Shown here one piece after another: positions 1 to 10,618 of a DNA stretch of 64,000 nucleotides. The translations under genes and the position numbers were made by a program. The notes beneath the pieces were generated by a model, which did no database searches, was not told where the DNA came from, and saw only the letters and a list, made by a program, of their open reading frames with translations. The stretch comes from a virus (Duplodnaviria > Caudoviricetes), in the IMG/VR virus record IMGVR_UViG_3300009108_000480; one strand, given 5' to 3'. Numbering within the stretch: position 1 is the first letter of the stretch; each line of letters begins with the position of its first letter.

Positions 1-226
1 TTACATCATCTACTATTGCTTTTTTAAGCGGTTCTGTTAACGGTTCAAATATACAATCATAGATTATTGTACCAAATTCTGGATTTTCTACTCTTTCACC
101 TTTTCTTACAGATAAACGATTAATTAAATCTTGTTTTGCACATTCAAAATCATAAAGTTTAAAGTTCTTTTTATCTGCACGAGAACTAAAACCTTTAAAT
201 GTTATACTTTTATCTCCATATGCCAT
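1..226 (-). CDS. baseplate wedge subunit, gp25-like (truncated at window edge)
   Basis: Not in ORF track. Hand translation from ATG at 226 gives MAYGDKSITFKGFSS...LINRLSVRKGERVENPEFGTIIYDCIFEP, with the RKGER..PEFG motif of the GPW/gp25 family. ATG overlaps the gp5 stop (TAATG). Confidence 0.85.
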   Translation of the reverse strand, partial: MAYGDKSITFKGFSSRADKKNFKLYDFECAKQDLINRLSVRKGERVENPEFGTIIYDCIFEPLTEPLKKAIVDDV

Positions 227-2874
227 TAATGTAATCTCCTAAATTCTACGTCTACTTTACTATAATCTACTATATAAAAACCTGTATCTGTCATTTCTTT
301 TGCCCATGGAACTTCTTGTGCTATTACACCTTGATACATTCCATCTAAGTGTTTATATTTAAATGAATAAATGTTGGTACCTAACTGTGACTTACCAATT
401 AATTGTATATCTTCTTTTAACCGTACATCACTAAAAAATTTCGTTATATGACCTATACCTGCTGATGCCCAATTTCCTACTTTAGCAAAATTAGTCGCTA
501 TCTTAGCCATAAAAGCTCCTTGTACAGGAGTTCCGGTACCATGTAACGATTTTCCTATATAACCTGATCTTCCTATTCCAAATTTTTGAGCTAACGAAGT
601 TATTTGTGTTACTCCTGTAATATTTCCTGCCATAACATTTTTATAAACGTTTGTCACAGCACCAGCATCTTTGAAAATTGAACCAACTGATGACGCTGAA
701 ATTACTCCTGTTATTTTGTCATTAACTATATTAGTCACGTATGATGTAGCTAAAGATTTTGCATTATCTTTTACGTATTGTAGCTCGTTTATTTTGCCGT
801 GTACTGATTGTCCTATTGAAAACAATTGTCCAGTTTGATTAACAAATATATTATCTTTAAATAAATTTGTTGCTTTACCAGATACTGATTCAATAACTTG
901 ATTTGTTAAAGTATTTGTAAAATTATTTTTAATAGTATTTTTAGTATCACTTAATGAGAAATTTTGAATTTTATTAGATATACTTTTTGCCGTGTCCCAA
1001 CGATCTCCAGTTTGACTTACAACATTAAAAGTTTTGTCATATTTTGTTCCGTAAGTTTCTAATAATTGTTTAGCTTTTTTAACACTAGTTGAATTTCCCA
1101 TTTCTTTTTTTAAATATCTTTCTGCGTCTGCCTGCCATTGTCCTAATCTAATAGATTCTATACTTGAAGTTCTATTTCTTTGTTCTACAAATTCTACTGT
1201 TCCTGGTGTTGAACTTAATCTAGACCACATTTTTGTATCCATTTTGTCATCATCTATTTGAGACGGTACTACTCCTTGACTTGAAAATCCAGAAAATCTT
1301 GGCATTGGTTCATGTGTAACAAGTCTATGTACAGTGGTTTTTGTTTTTCTTGTAAAAGATTGTAAAGGTTCTAAACCTTTCTTAGACAATTCAACATCAC
1401 CTTCTTCTCTTGGCAACATTCCTGTTTGTTCTTTACTCAACCAAGTTGGTCCCCAAGATGAACTTGCACCTATTGAATTAAGGTGTACTTGTGATCCTGC
1501 TAAATGAACTGGGCCGCCTGCGCCATGTAATTGCTGATTGTCTGAATATGATAGAATTCCTGACTTACCATATGTCATAACAGGACCTTGTTGTGAAGAT
1601 GTAAAAACTCCTTTATCTCCCATATGCATCTGATAATCTGCAGATGTAATAATTTGTCCAGGAGATGCTGGAATTTTTACATCACCTTTGGCTTTATGTC
1701 CTTTTGTAACTGCAATATCGGTATCTTTATAAAGTACTTCATCCGTTCCTGTGGCCGCCATTCTAATTTCATTTCCAGCACTCATATTAATATTTGCATC
1801 ACTATGTAAATTAAAATCACCTTCTGTTCTTAAATTAATTCCTCCAACACCAGAATAAACGTCAATTCTACCTTCTTTGTTCATTTCAATCCAAGCATTA
1901 CCTGAACCATTAGCAATATAAACAACACCATCGGTGTCGTGCATTAAAAGTTGATGTCCTGATGCTGTTCTTAATCTTACTAATTGATTATCTCCGGCGG
2001 CATCTCCGTCATCCATTGTAAAAACATGACCGGGATCTCTATCTGTTGGAATATATGCAGACCGACTTTCTTCAGTAACTAATATTGGTAATTTCCTACT
2101 GTCTGCTCTAATTCTACCTGGTGTGTTTATTCCAAATACTGCACTAGGAGCCTCTCTTTGTGCTGATGATGATGTTGTACCTCTAATACTATCTTGTACT
2201 AAACCTTGTTTCTTTAATAGTTCTGCACTTCTATCATTGACTGGTAATGTATAAGTGCTATAAGTTCCAATTTTTGCATTTGTATACATTACTCTATTAA
2301 CTTCTCCGGCTGGTACATAATTTGTACCATAATCTTGTTTGGCTTCTTTTTTTGTTATTATATTTCGTCCTGCAGTTTTTTCTTGTACTCCTGTTTCAGG
2401 ATTCAATATAAGACCACTCCCTGTTTCTTCTGCTCCTGATTGTTCTGATGCCGCTAAACCCGGAACTTGATGGTTTGTTTGTGGTTGTTGTACACACCCT
2501 ATCCAATATGCATTTTCTTCTGTTTGGATTCCTTGTGCAAATATCACCATTACTGCTGTATCAATATCAGGTGGTACTGCCCACATACCATAAGAGTGAG
2601 AATTTGTTTTATAATCATATGCATTTGTTGAACTAACTGCCTGTGGACTTTTAGAACCATAAAAAGGTGAAAGATAGCTACACCACATTAACTGACTAAA
2701 AATTGGATCGTCTGTACCAGTTCTTGCAGGAATATTCACACCTAATCTACCCATTTTTAATGGATCGTCGTTGCTTTTTACTATCCCTATATACGGTCCA
2801 GGACTTCGTTCGACATATGACTTTAAGTCAGTTTTTTGATTTATACTAGATACGTCACCTCTATGATCTGTCAT
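226..2874 (-). CDS. baseplate central spike, gp5/VgrG-like, with C-terminal peptidase S74 intramolecular chaperone
   Basis: N-terminal OB-fold (GIVKSNDDPLKMGRLGV), beta-helix region (GHQLLMHD...WIEM), VTHEP motif, C-terminal SDVRLKEDI...QGVIAQEV; lies in a baseplate operon. Confidence 0.8.
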   Translation of the reverse strand: MTDHRGDVSSINQKTDLKSYVERSPGPYIGIVKSNDDPLKMGRLGVNIPARTGTDDPIFSQLMWCSYLSPFYGSKSPQAVSSTNAYDYKTNSHSYGMWAVPPDIDTAVMVIFAQGIQTEENAYWIGCVQQPQTNHQVPGLAASEQSGAEETGSGLILNPETGVQEKTAGRNIITKKEAKQDYGTNYVPAGEVNRVMYTNAKIGTYSTYTLPVNDRSAELLKKQGLVQDSIRGTTSSSAQREAPSAVFGINTPGRIRADSRKLPILVTEESRSAYIPTDRDPGHVFTMDDGDAAGDNQLVRLRTASGHQLLMHDTDGVVYIANGSGNAWIEMNKEGRIDVYSGVGGINLRTEGDFNLHSDANINMSAGNEIRMAATGTDEVLYKDTDIAVTKGHKAKGDVKIPASPGQIITSADYQMHMGDKGVFTSSQQGPVMTYGKSGILSYSDNQQLHGAGGPVHLAGSQVHLNSIGASSSWGPTWLSKEQTGMLPREEGDVELSKKGLEPLQSFTRKTKTTVHRLVTHEPMPRFSGFSSQGVVPSQIDDDKMDTKMWSRLSSTPGTVEFVEQRNRTSSIESIRLGQWQADAERYLKKEMGNSTSVKKAKQLLETYGTKYDKTFNVVSQTGDRWDTAKSISNKIQNFSLSDTKNTIKNNFTNTLTNQVIESVSGKATNLFKDNIFVNQTGQLFSIGQSVHGKINELQYVKDNAKSLATSYVTNIVNDKITGVISASSVGSIFKDAGAVTNVYKNVMAGNITGVTQITSLAQKFGIGRSGYIGKSLHGTGTPVQGAFMAKIATNFAKVGNWASAGIGHITKFFSDVRLKEDIQLIGKSQLGTNIYSFKYKHLDGMYQGVIAQEVPWAKEMTDTGFYIVDYSKVDVEFRRLH

Positions 2875-2877
2875 TTT

Positions 2878-5205
2878 CTATGGCACAGCGATTGCATCAC
2901 TATGAACACCTCCTTGATTATTATCGTCTCTCTCAAGAAGAGATCCGTCTTTACCTATATCAAACTGTTTCGGAGGAGAACCAATTCCTTGTTGATTATT
3001 CAACCTTACAAGATATAATACTTGTGTAAATTTTCCTGAATCCATTTTACTTTCTACTTTAGCAATTTGATACACTCCAGAAAACCATAAATTTGAATCT
3101 GCTGATAATTTTCCGTCCATTGTATCAAACATAGTACCTTGCTGTTCAATTATATCAGCTGGCATTCTATAATTAAGATGTAACAATGGCATTGCATTAT
3201 CTAAATTAAAACAATTTAATGTGTGATTCCATGCACCATCTGCCATCTGGCCTGGTTTTCTTGTTTCAACTGTTCCGTCAATAGTAACATACATATCTTG
3301 TGCAATATAACTAGGATCTCCTAAAATTTCCATTTCTATTTTCATCATATCTGCATTTGGATTTATAAGATAATCAAAAAATTCAGTTACCTTTATCTTT
3401 TCTGGATCTTCTATATCCACTTGACTTTTTGAACCTATTATTGATGGATACGATCTTAATTGTGCAATTTCTGGTTGTGGTTCTGTTCCTATAATTTTTC
3501 TAAATATTTTCGTCCATTTTTTTATTATTTCCTGTGCTTTGTTCCCGGTGTTTCCAGCTATTACTGTATTTCTATGATAATATCCAACTTTGTAATTAAG
3601 CCGTAAATTCATTATATCAATATTTTCTCCAGTATAGATATAATTGTATCGTTTTTTAACTTGCTTTATCCAATCAACTTTTCCTATACTCATACCTGGT
3701 ACTAATAATTTTAAAATATGAAATTTGTATGGAATAACTTTGAATATAATAATTTTAGGATACATTTTAGTTATTGGGTCTACACCTTTTCCTTTTTCCA
3801 AATCTGTATGTACACTGGTTATTATTTTAAACCAAGGAATCATATGATTACGTTCAATTATTTCATTTAACTCTTCTTCATTCTCTTTATTCCAAGGTAC
3901 ATTAGATTGAACTTCCGATTTACTCCATCTACCTCTATCATTTTCGTTTAATATCTGGGAGCCTGTTAAAAATTCTAACCAAAAATCTTTTATTAAATCT
4001 TTAAAATAAGGAGTTGCCATCATTGCATCTTCAATAATTTTCATTATTGATGTATTAGCATTTACTGATGTTTTTGGAATTTTTCCTCCTATGCTTACCA
4101 TTCTTTGGAAACCGGTTTCTTGCTTGTTACCTCGATTAACGCCTACTGGATGTGATGATTTTTTTGTAACCATTGTTGATAATGATGCCACATCTGCATC
4201 TAAAGCCAACGCGGCTAATTTTTCATCAAATACTATTTTATATTTGTCTTCATATCCTTTTGTTCTAGCTCCTTGTTTGACTTCGTCTTCCATTTGTTTT
4301 TCCATTTTTTCTGAAAACTCGTCTCCCCATTCTTTTAAAGTACCTTTTTGTAATGTAAATGATGTTCTTACAAATTGAAATCTATCCATCATGGCAAATT
4401 CTGCATGAGTTGCCGCTAATACTTGATATACTGCTCCGCCTTCGTTTACTTCAAATTCTACACGTGTAATTACTATTGGAATTTTTCTTACTAAACTATC
4501 CTCTTTATTTTCTATTTCACCATTCTCAGTAAATCCTCTCCATTCTATCGTTAATAAAAAAGGTGCATCTTGATAATCCATATATCCACTTTCATATGCG
4601 GCCGCCCGAACTTTTTCTATAAATGTCACACTGTAAGGTTCATGCAATTCAAGATCCATTTTTGTAAAACTCATTGTATTTCTTTCTGCATTGGGAGAAA
4701 CTGTAGAAGTAATGTTAACGTTCTCAAAAAATATATCATGATTTCTATACAATATAGATTGTGATCCGGCGATATCACCAAACCCTTTTTTCTCCTTTTC
4801 CATAGTAGTTGCATATATGTCAATACCTTTTTTTCCTTTTGTAGAAAACGGGTCTAATCCTGCTGTAGGATTATCTGGACCGATACCTGAACTACGTGCA
4901 ATTATATTATGCACAGGTTTAGTAAGATATTCTATTGGATTTCTTAATTCGTGTTCTGTTAATGCTGAAAGTGTAAACAAAGTACTATAACTAGCAAATT
5001 TATGTAAAGGATTTATATCATCAAAATTTGTTTTTCGATTAATATGTTTTTCTATAGTTTTTCCTTTTGATGGCGATGCTCCATTTACGTTATTTGAAAA
5101 TTTATAATTCTTCCACCATTTTCGTGCTCTATCTATTTTTTGTTTGTATGCTAATGCATTTGATTTCTTTTTAAGTATGTTATGAGCTTTTTTTTGAATA
5201 GCCAT
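2878..5205 (-). CDS. baseplate hub protein (gp27/gpD-like)
   Basis: 775 aa directly upstream of gp5; contains MEILGDPSY and FSGVYQIAKVESKMDSGKFTQVL typical of hub proteins. Confidence 0.6.
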   Translation of the reverse strand: MAIQKKAHNILKKKSNALAYKQKIDRARKWWKNYKFSNNVNGASPSKGKTIEKHINRKTNFDDINPLHKFASYSTLFTLSALTEHELRNPIEYLTKPVHNIIARSSGIGPDNPTAGLDPFSTKGKKGIDIYATTMEKEKKGFGDIAGSQSILYRNHDIFFENVNITSTVSPNAERNTMSFTKMDLELHEPYSVTFIEKVRAAAYESGYMDYQDAPFLLTIEWRGFTENGEIENKEDSLVRKIPIVITRVEFEVNEGGAVYQVLAATHAEFAMMDRFQFVRTSFTLQKGTLKEWGDEFSEKMEKQMEDEVKQGARTKGYEDKYKIVFDEKLAALALDADVASLSTMVTKKSSHPVGVNRGNKQETGFQRMVSIGGKIPKTSVNANTSIMKIIEDAMMATPYFKDLIKDFWLEFLTGSQILNENDRGRWSKSEVQSNVPWNKENEEELNEIIERNHMIPWFKIITSVHTDLEKGKGVDPITKMYPKIIIFKVIPYKFHILKLLVPGMSIGKVDWIKQVKKRYNYIYTGENIDIMNLRLNYKVGYYHRNTVIAGNTGNKAQEIIKKWTKIFRKIIGTEPQPEIAQLRSYPSIIGSKSQVDIEDPEKIKVTEFFDYLINPNADMMKIEMEILGDPSYIAQDMYVTIDGTVETRKPGQMADGAWNHTLNCFNLDNAMPLLHLNYRMPADIIEQQGTMFDTMDGKLSADSNLWFSGVYQIAKVESKMDSGKFTQVLYLVRLNNQQGIGSPPKQFDIGKDGSLLERDDNNQGGVHSDAIAVP

Positions 5206-5208
5206 GTA

Positions 5209-5508
5209 TTAAACTCCTAAATCAGTTTGTACATTAGACTTTTTAGGTAACTGTATCGTAACTCCTGGCTTAAAATCATATATAGGATCTTCTATTTCAT
5301 TAGGATTTCTTTGTGCAAATACCCACCATAGTCGAGGTGATCCATACAAATCAAATGCTAACAAATCTGGACGATATGCATAAGTTCTTTCTATTGTATA
5401 AGATTCATCATCTAATTCTGCTGTTATTGGTCTTGGTACTAAAATATCAAGTGCTGTATTGCTTTGTGTTGTAGCAAAATATGGTGACGTAGATGAATAT
5501 TTGGTCAT
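5209..5508 (-). CDS. LysM-like baseplate wedge protein (gp53/tail X-like)
   Basis: YRPDLLAFDLYGSPRLWWVFAQRN motif; baseplate operon context. Confidence 0.75.
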   Translation of the reverse strand: MTKYSSTSPYFATTQSNTALDILVPRPITAELDDESYTIERTYAYRPDLLAFDLYGSPRLWWVFAQRNPNEIEDPIYDFKPGVTIQLPKKSNVQTDLGV

Positions 5509-6359
5509 TAAATAAATCCTATTTGATTTTTGCCTCTCAACTTACCGGCCGCAAAATCTTTAAGTGAAAAGTTTTTAATACTTTCTCTAGAGTAAACTGG
5601 TGTTACTAATACTGAAATATTAGATATTGTTGGTGCCCACGTTTGATCTAATTTATTAGGATCAAATACTTTTTCGTCAGTATGTATATTTGTTGATTTT
5701 GAATATAGTGGACTATGTGGTTGAAATTTTTGATCTTGTTGTGTTGAAATATAATCTATACCTGATCTTAATTCAACGTTAAATGTGTTCACAATAACTG
5801 GTGTATTTTGAAACATATGATCACCATATCCATTTAAATGTAATATTGGTGGTGGATTACCTTTTAAACTTGATGTATCTTCTTTTCCAAAAAACATTTT
5901 AGTCACGGTTCTTAAAAAATTAACTACTGCTACCCAATATAAAGCATCTTGTTGATTCTGTACAGGAAACTCACCAATAATGTTCATTTGATCTACTTGT
6001 GAATTTTGGTATGCTTGAAATGGATAATTGCTATGTGTTTGTGCTAATGCGTTATAACTTGCAGTATGCTGTATCATCATTGATGGTGTAAGTGGCCAAA
6101 AAAATCCACCTAAATCATGTAATGGTGCAAGTCGATTATTACCTAACTTTTGTTCATTGAAAAAAAAGTCTTTTAGTGGACCTGTTTGTGGTATTGTAAG
6201 ACGAACTCTCCAGTCTCTTTCATCTTGTCTACCTGACCATGCGGCAGTGGCTCGTCTGATATGATCATGTCTTCCAATCCCAGAACCAAATAATCTACCT
6301 AATGTTCTATTCCAGACTGTTCCGCCTGCTTTACCCAATGCTTCTATAACTTTTGCCAT
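5508..6359 (-). CDS. tail tube initiator / baseplate-tube junction protein (gp48/gp54-like)
   Basis: FFWPLTP...HSNYPF...LRTVTKMFFG...GNPPPILHLNGYG pattern; first gene of baseplate operon behind a TATAAATA box. Confidence 0.55.
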   Translation of the reverse strand: MAKVIEALGKAGGTVWNRTLGRLFGSGIGRHDHIRRATAAWSGRQDERDWRVRLTIPQTGPLKDFFFNEQKLGNNRLAPLHDLGGFFWPLTPSMMIQHTASYNALAQTHSNYPFQAYQNSQVDQMNIIGEFPVQNQQDALYWVAVVNFLRTVTKMFFGKEDTSSLKGNPPPILHLNGYGDHMFQNTPVIVNTFNVELRSGIDYISTQQDQKFQPHSPLYSKSTNIHTDEKVFDPNKLDQTWAPTISNISVLVTPVYSRESIKNFSLKDFAAGKLRGKNQIGFI

Positions 6360-6402
6360 TTTTCCGTTGTGTTTCCTTGTTAAATTTCGTATACTAAAAC
6401 AA

Positions 6403-6410
6403 TATTTATA
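6403..6410 (-). promoter_or_regulatory. T4-type late promoter TATAAATA
   Basis: Exact T4 gp55 consensus on the minus strand upstream of the baseplate operon. Confidence 0.8.
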
Positions 6411-6492
6411 GGCATCATTAAAGGCGCACTTAACTACTCATACGGCACACTTCAACAGACCTGTTTGTGGTCATCAGCAAAGATAAATTATT

Positions 6493-7473
6493 ATGAAACG
6501 AGTGAAATATTTAAATAACCGAGATCTGTTGGCCCAAATACACGCCAGCAAAAATACATTTTGTTCTTATGTTACAGATGAGGACTCACAATACGATATA
6601 ATTGTACCTGATCTTAAAAAAATTAATTCTATCGCAATAGCAAAAGCAAGAAAAAACAAAAGTAAAAGATTAACACAAGAAGCATGGCAACAAGCTAAAG
6701 ATAGCGGACTTAAAAAAATTAAATTAAGTGACTACACTGTAAACACTCGTAAAATTGATAAAACTAGTTTAGTATTTAGAGTTATGACATTTGGTCATGT
6801 TCCTTTAGATCCTACTAGAAAGAAAAATCCTAAACAAGAATCTGATCATCATCAAAAAGTAAATTTTCCTCCGTTCCTTCATTATCGTCTTGATAATAAA
6901 GGTAAACCAAAATGCGTAGGTAAATCACATTGGATTGGTGGATTAGAAAACGGACATTTTGATTGCAATCATGGAAAAATTACAAACAGTCTAGCAATGA
7001 TGTTTATGAAACTTTGCGAAAGATATGGTACTAGAGCAAACTGGAGAGGATATACCTACAATGATGAAATGCAATCACAAGCATTGATGCAATTATCACA
7101 AATTGGTTTACAGTTTGATGAAAGCAAATCAGAAAATCCATTTGCATATTATACAGCGGCAATTACAAATTCATTTACAAGAATATTAAACATTGAAAAG
7201 AAAAACCAAAATATACGTGACGACATTCTTGAGCAACATCATATGACGCCTTCGTCTACTCGACAAAATATTAATACATCTAATACAATGGCTTATAAAA
7301 AACATATAACAACTGCACACGGACCGGTTAAAACTGTAAACAAAACTGGAATAATGAAATTAAACAAATTAATGCGTAAAAAAGGAGAATTAACACTTAA
7401 AGATTTTGATTCAGTAGGATACAAAAAAATAGATATGAGTAAACATAAACCACCAATAAAGAAAAAATACTAA
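6493..7473 (+). CDS. gp55: late-transcription sigma factor, gp55-like
   Basis: NWRGYTYNDEM...QFDESKSENPFAYYTAAITNSFTRILNIEKKNQ is the gp55 signature; precedes gp47/gp46 as in T4. Confidence 0.9.
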   Translation: MKRVKYLNNRDLLAQIHASKNTFCSYVTDEDSQYDIIVPDLKKINSIAIAKARKNKSKRLTQEAWQQAKDSGLKKIKLSDYTVNTRKIDKTSLVFRVMTFGHVPLDPTRKKNPKQESDHHQKVNFPPFLHYRLDNKGKPKCVGKSHWIGGLENGHFDCNHGKITNSLAMMFMKLCERYGTRANWRGYTYNDEMQSQALMQLSQIGLQFDESKSENPFAYYTAAITNSFTRILNIEKKNQNIRDDILEQHHMTPSSTRQNINTSNTMAYKKHITTAHGPVKTVNKTGIMKLNKLMRKKGELTLKDFDSVGYKKIDMSKHKPPIKKKY

Positions 7474-7568
7474 TGAAATTTTTTAAAAAAATAAAAGAAT
7501 ATCTATGTAAAATATACAATAAATGTATCGATTGGTATTATTTAAAAATTTGGAGTAAATTTAAATGA
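7473..7568 (+). CDS. 31-aa basic/aromatic microprotein (MKFFKKIKEYLCKIYNKCIDWYYLKIWSKFK)
   Basis: Fills the gap exactly; start overlaps the gp55 stop (TAATG) and its stop overlaps the gp47 start (ATGA). Confidence 0.55.
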   Translation: MKFFKKIKEYLCKIYNKCIDWYYLKIWSKFK

Positions 7569-8587
7569 CATTTTTTAATAAGGTGGCTTGTTTTACAGAT
7601 ATACACTTTGGATTAAAAGGTAATTCACGTGTACACAATGATGATTGTGAAGCATTTATTTATTGGTTTATTCAACAAGCTAAAGCACACAATTGTGAAA
7701 CGTGTATATTTCTAGGTGACTGGCATCATCATAGATCTGCAACTAACGTTTCAACAATGAATTATACAGTATCTAATGTTGAACGATTAGCAAAAGCATT
7801 TAAAAACTTTTATTTTATAAATGGTAATCATGATTTATTTTATAGAGATAAAAGAGAAATTAATTCAGTAGAATATATTAGAAATATTCCTAATGTCCAT
7901 ATAGTAAACGAATGGATTGTAAAAGAAGATATTGCAATTATTCCATGGATAGTACAAGACGAATGGAAAAAAATTCAAACAATGCAAAAAAAATATATAT
8001 TTGGACACTTTGAACTTCCATATTTTAAAATGAACGCAATGGTAGATATGCCCGACATTGGCACAATTAAAACCGAACACTTTGCTAATTGTGAAAAAGT
8101 ATTTTCAGGACACTTCCATAAAAGACAGTACAACAAAAATGTAACTTACATTGGTAATACGTTTCCACACAATTACGCAGATGCTTGGGATGATGAACGT
8201 GGTATGATGATACTAGAATGGGGTGGAGAACCAAAATATATTAATTGGCCAGATATGCCAAGATATAGAACAATTAAAATATCTGAACTCCTTGCTGATC
8301 CTGACACTGTATTAAAACCAAAAATGTATGTAAGAGTTACATTAGATATTAAAATATCTTACGAAGAAGCAAACTTTATACGAGAAACGTTTATAGACAA
8401 GTATGAATTAAGAGAATTACAATTAATACCAGAACAAATCGACAGGGCACAACAACCTTTGGTACAAGTACAAAAATTTGATTCAGTTGATCAAATTGTG
8501 TTAAAACAATTAGAAGGTGTTGATTCCGAAACATATGACAAATCAATTTTAATGGCAATTTATAATAATTTAGATGTTAATAATTAA
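7565..8587 (+). CDS. gp47: recombination endonuclease subunit gp47 (Mre11/SbcD-like)
   Basis: Metallophosphoesterase motifs DIHFG, GDWHH, GNHD, GHFH. Confidence 0.92.
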   Translation: MTFFNKVACFTDIHFGLKGNSRVHNDDCEAFIYWFIQQAKAHNCETCIFLGDWHHHRSATNVSTMNYTVSNVERLAKAFKNFYFINGNHDLFYRDKREINSVEYIRNIPNVHIVNEWIVKEDIAIIPWIVQDEWKKIQTMQKKYIFGHFELPYFKMNAMVDMPDIGTIKTEHFANCEKVFSGHFHKRQYNKNVTYIGNTFPHNYADAWDDERGMMILEWGGEPKYINWPDMPRYRTIKISELLADPDTVLKPKMYVRVTLDIKISYEEANFIRETFIDKYELRELQLIPEQIDRAQQPLVQVQKFDSVDQIVLKQLEGVDSETYDKSILMAIYNNLDVNN

Positions 8588-10349
8588 AGATCTTACAGTA
8601 AAAAATTTCATGAGCGTGGGTAATGCTATCCAGGCAATAAAATTTGATAACAAACACTTGATTCTAGTACTTGGTGAAAACATGGATTTGGGTGGCGACG
8701 ATGCTGGTGCAAGAAACGGTACTGGTAAAACTACAATTATTAATGCATTATCTTATGTATTTTTTGGTGAAGCACTAACTCATATTAAAAGAGACAATCT
8801 TGTTAATAAAACCAATAACAAAGATATGATGGTTTCTATAAACTTTGTAAAAAATAATGTAACCTATACAATTGAACGTGGACGAAAACCTCAAATATTA
8901 AAATTTTATGCAAATAATATTGAACAAAATGTAGATTCAAACGAGGCACAAGGAGAAAATAAAGAAACACAAAAAGAAATAAACAGATTACTTGGTATGA
9001 CTCATGCTATGTTTAAAAACATAATTGCGTTAAACACATATACACAACCATTTCTTGCAACTAAACAAGCAGAACAAAGAGAAATTATTGAACAATTGCT
9101 TGGTATAACTTTATTAAGTCAAAAAGCTGACTTACTTAAAGAACAACAAAAAGCAACTAAAACAGAATTATCCGAAGAAAAAATTAAAATTGATTCGCAA
9201 ATTGCATCTAATGAAAAAATACAAGAATCAATTGAATCATTAAAAATAAGAAGTAATGCTTGGCAAACACAAAAAGAGGAAGATAAAACAGGTTTTTCAA
9301 AAGCAATTGCAGAACTTGAAAAAGTTGATATTAATAAAGAACTAAATGCACACAAAAAACTTGCAAAACATACTGATGATGTAAAAACACTAAGAAGTTT
9401 GGAAAAAGAAAAAGCATATCATGAAGATTCTTTAACTAAAGCACAAACACAAGTTGAAAAAACTGAAAAGGACATTGAATTTGCCAACGATGCTAAATGT
9501 CCAACGTGTGGACAAGATCTACGTGATGACAAACACAAACATTTAGTAAATGAACTAAATTCTACACTAACTGAATCAAAACAATATGCGGAAAAACTAA
9601 AAAGTGATCTTGTAAATGTGCAACAAAATGTTACTGCAATAGGAGATCTTGGTATTATACCTGACACATATTACGACACCATTGATGAAGCATATAATCA
9701 TAAAAGTTCTTTATCAGATTTAAAAAGACAACTAAAACAAACAGAAACTAAACACGATCCTTACGAAGAACAAATTATTGAATTAAACAAAAGTGCTATT
9801 CAGAAAATTAGTTATGTAAAAGTAAACGAAATGGAAGACTTATATAAACACCAAGACTTTTTATATAAATTGTTAACTGCAAAAGATTCGTTTATAAGAA
9901 CAAGAATTATTGAACAAAACTTAACTTATTTGAACCAACGATTAGCATATTATTTAGGACAGGTAAGATTACCACATACAGTTACTTTCCAAAGTGACTT
10001 AACTGTACAAATAGAAGAATTAGGTAGAGAATTAGACTTTGACAATTTAAGTAGAGGCGAAAGAAACAGATTAATATTAAGTTTAAGTTGGGCATTTAGA
10101 GATGTTTGGGAAAGCCTTTATCAACAGATCAACTTATTGTTTATTGACGAACTTGTAGACGCCGGTATGGATATATCTGGTGTTGAATCAGCCATGGCAG
10201 TATTAAAAGACATGAGCAGAACACAACAAAAGAATATTTTCTTAATATCTCATAAAGATGAACTGATTTCTAGGGTAGATTCAGTACTAAAAGTGGTAAA
10301 AGAAAATGGTTTTACCAGTTATGCTAATGATGTTGAAATAATTGTTTAG
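8574..10349 (+). CDS. gp46: recombination ATPase gp46 (Rad50/SbcC-like)
   Basis: Walker A NGTGKTT, coiled coil with CPTCGQ zinc hook, LSRGE signature, Walker B LFIDE. Confidence 0.93.
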   Translation: MLIIKDLTVKNFMSVGNAIQAIKFDNKHLILVLGENMDLGGDDAGARNGTGKTTIINALSYVFFGEALTHIKRDNLVNKTNNKDMMVSINFVKNNVTYTIERGRKPQILKFYANNIEQNVDSNEAQGENKETQKEINRLLGMTHAMFKNIIALNTYTQPFLATKQAEQREIIEQLLGITLLSQKADLLKEQQKATKTELSEEKIKIDSQIASNEKIQESIESLKIRSNAWQTQKEEDKTGFSKAIAELEKVDINKELNAHKKLAKHTDDVKTLRSLEKEKAYHEDSLTKAQTQVEKTEKDIEFANDAKCPTCGQDLRDDKHKHLVNELNSTLTESKQYAEKLKSDLVNVQQNVTAIGDLGIIPDTYYDTIDEAYNHKSSLSDLKRQLKQTETKHDPYEEQIIELNKSAIQKISYVKVNEMEDLYKHQDFLYKLLTAKDSFIRTRIIEQNLTYLNQRLAYYLGQVRLPHTVTFQSDLTVQIEELGRELDFDNLSRGERNRLILSLSWAFRDVWESLYQQINLLFIDELVDAGMDISGVESAMAVLKDMSRTQQKNIFLISHKDELISRVDSVLKVVKENGFTSYANDVEIIV

Positions 10350-10356
10350 ATTTTAC

Positions 10357-10386
10357 TTGACAAACTCATATCATACGTGCTTTAAT
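10357..10386 (+). promoter_or_regulatory. sigma70-type promoter
   Basis: TTGACA-N18-TTTAAT with TG extension upstream of the Hc1-like gene. Confidence 0.6.
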
Positions 10387-10426
10387 TACAGATATGTTAA
10401 TTAACTATACAAAAGGACAATAAATT

Positions 10427-10618
10427 ATGTCACAAACACACGAATCAATAATGGCGGAGATTCAAAACTACTCTGAGGAGAACCAAAAGTTCACAGAGAA
10501 AGGTGTTAAGGCAAGTGCCACTAGAGCTCGTAAAGCATTAGCGGCTTTGTCAAAACTAATCAAAGCTAGAAGAAAAGAAATTCAAGAGGCAAAGAACGCG
10601 GCAAAAAAAGCGGCGTAA
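10427..10618 (+). CDS. histone H1-like Hc1-family DNA-binding protein
   Basis: 63 aa, Lys/Ala-rich, with EKGVKASATRARKAL..LSKLIKARRKEI matching the Hc1 family pattern. Confidence 0.75.
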   Translation: MSQTHESIMAEIQNYSEENQKFTEKGVKASATRARKALAALSKLIKARRKEIQEAKNAAKKAA

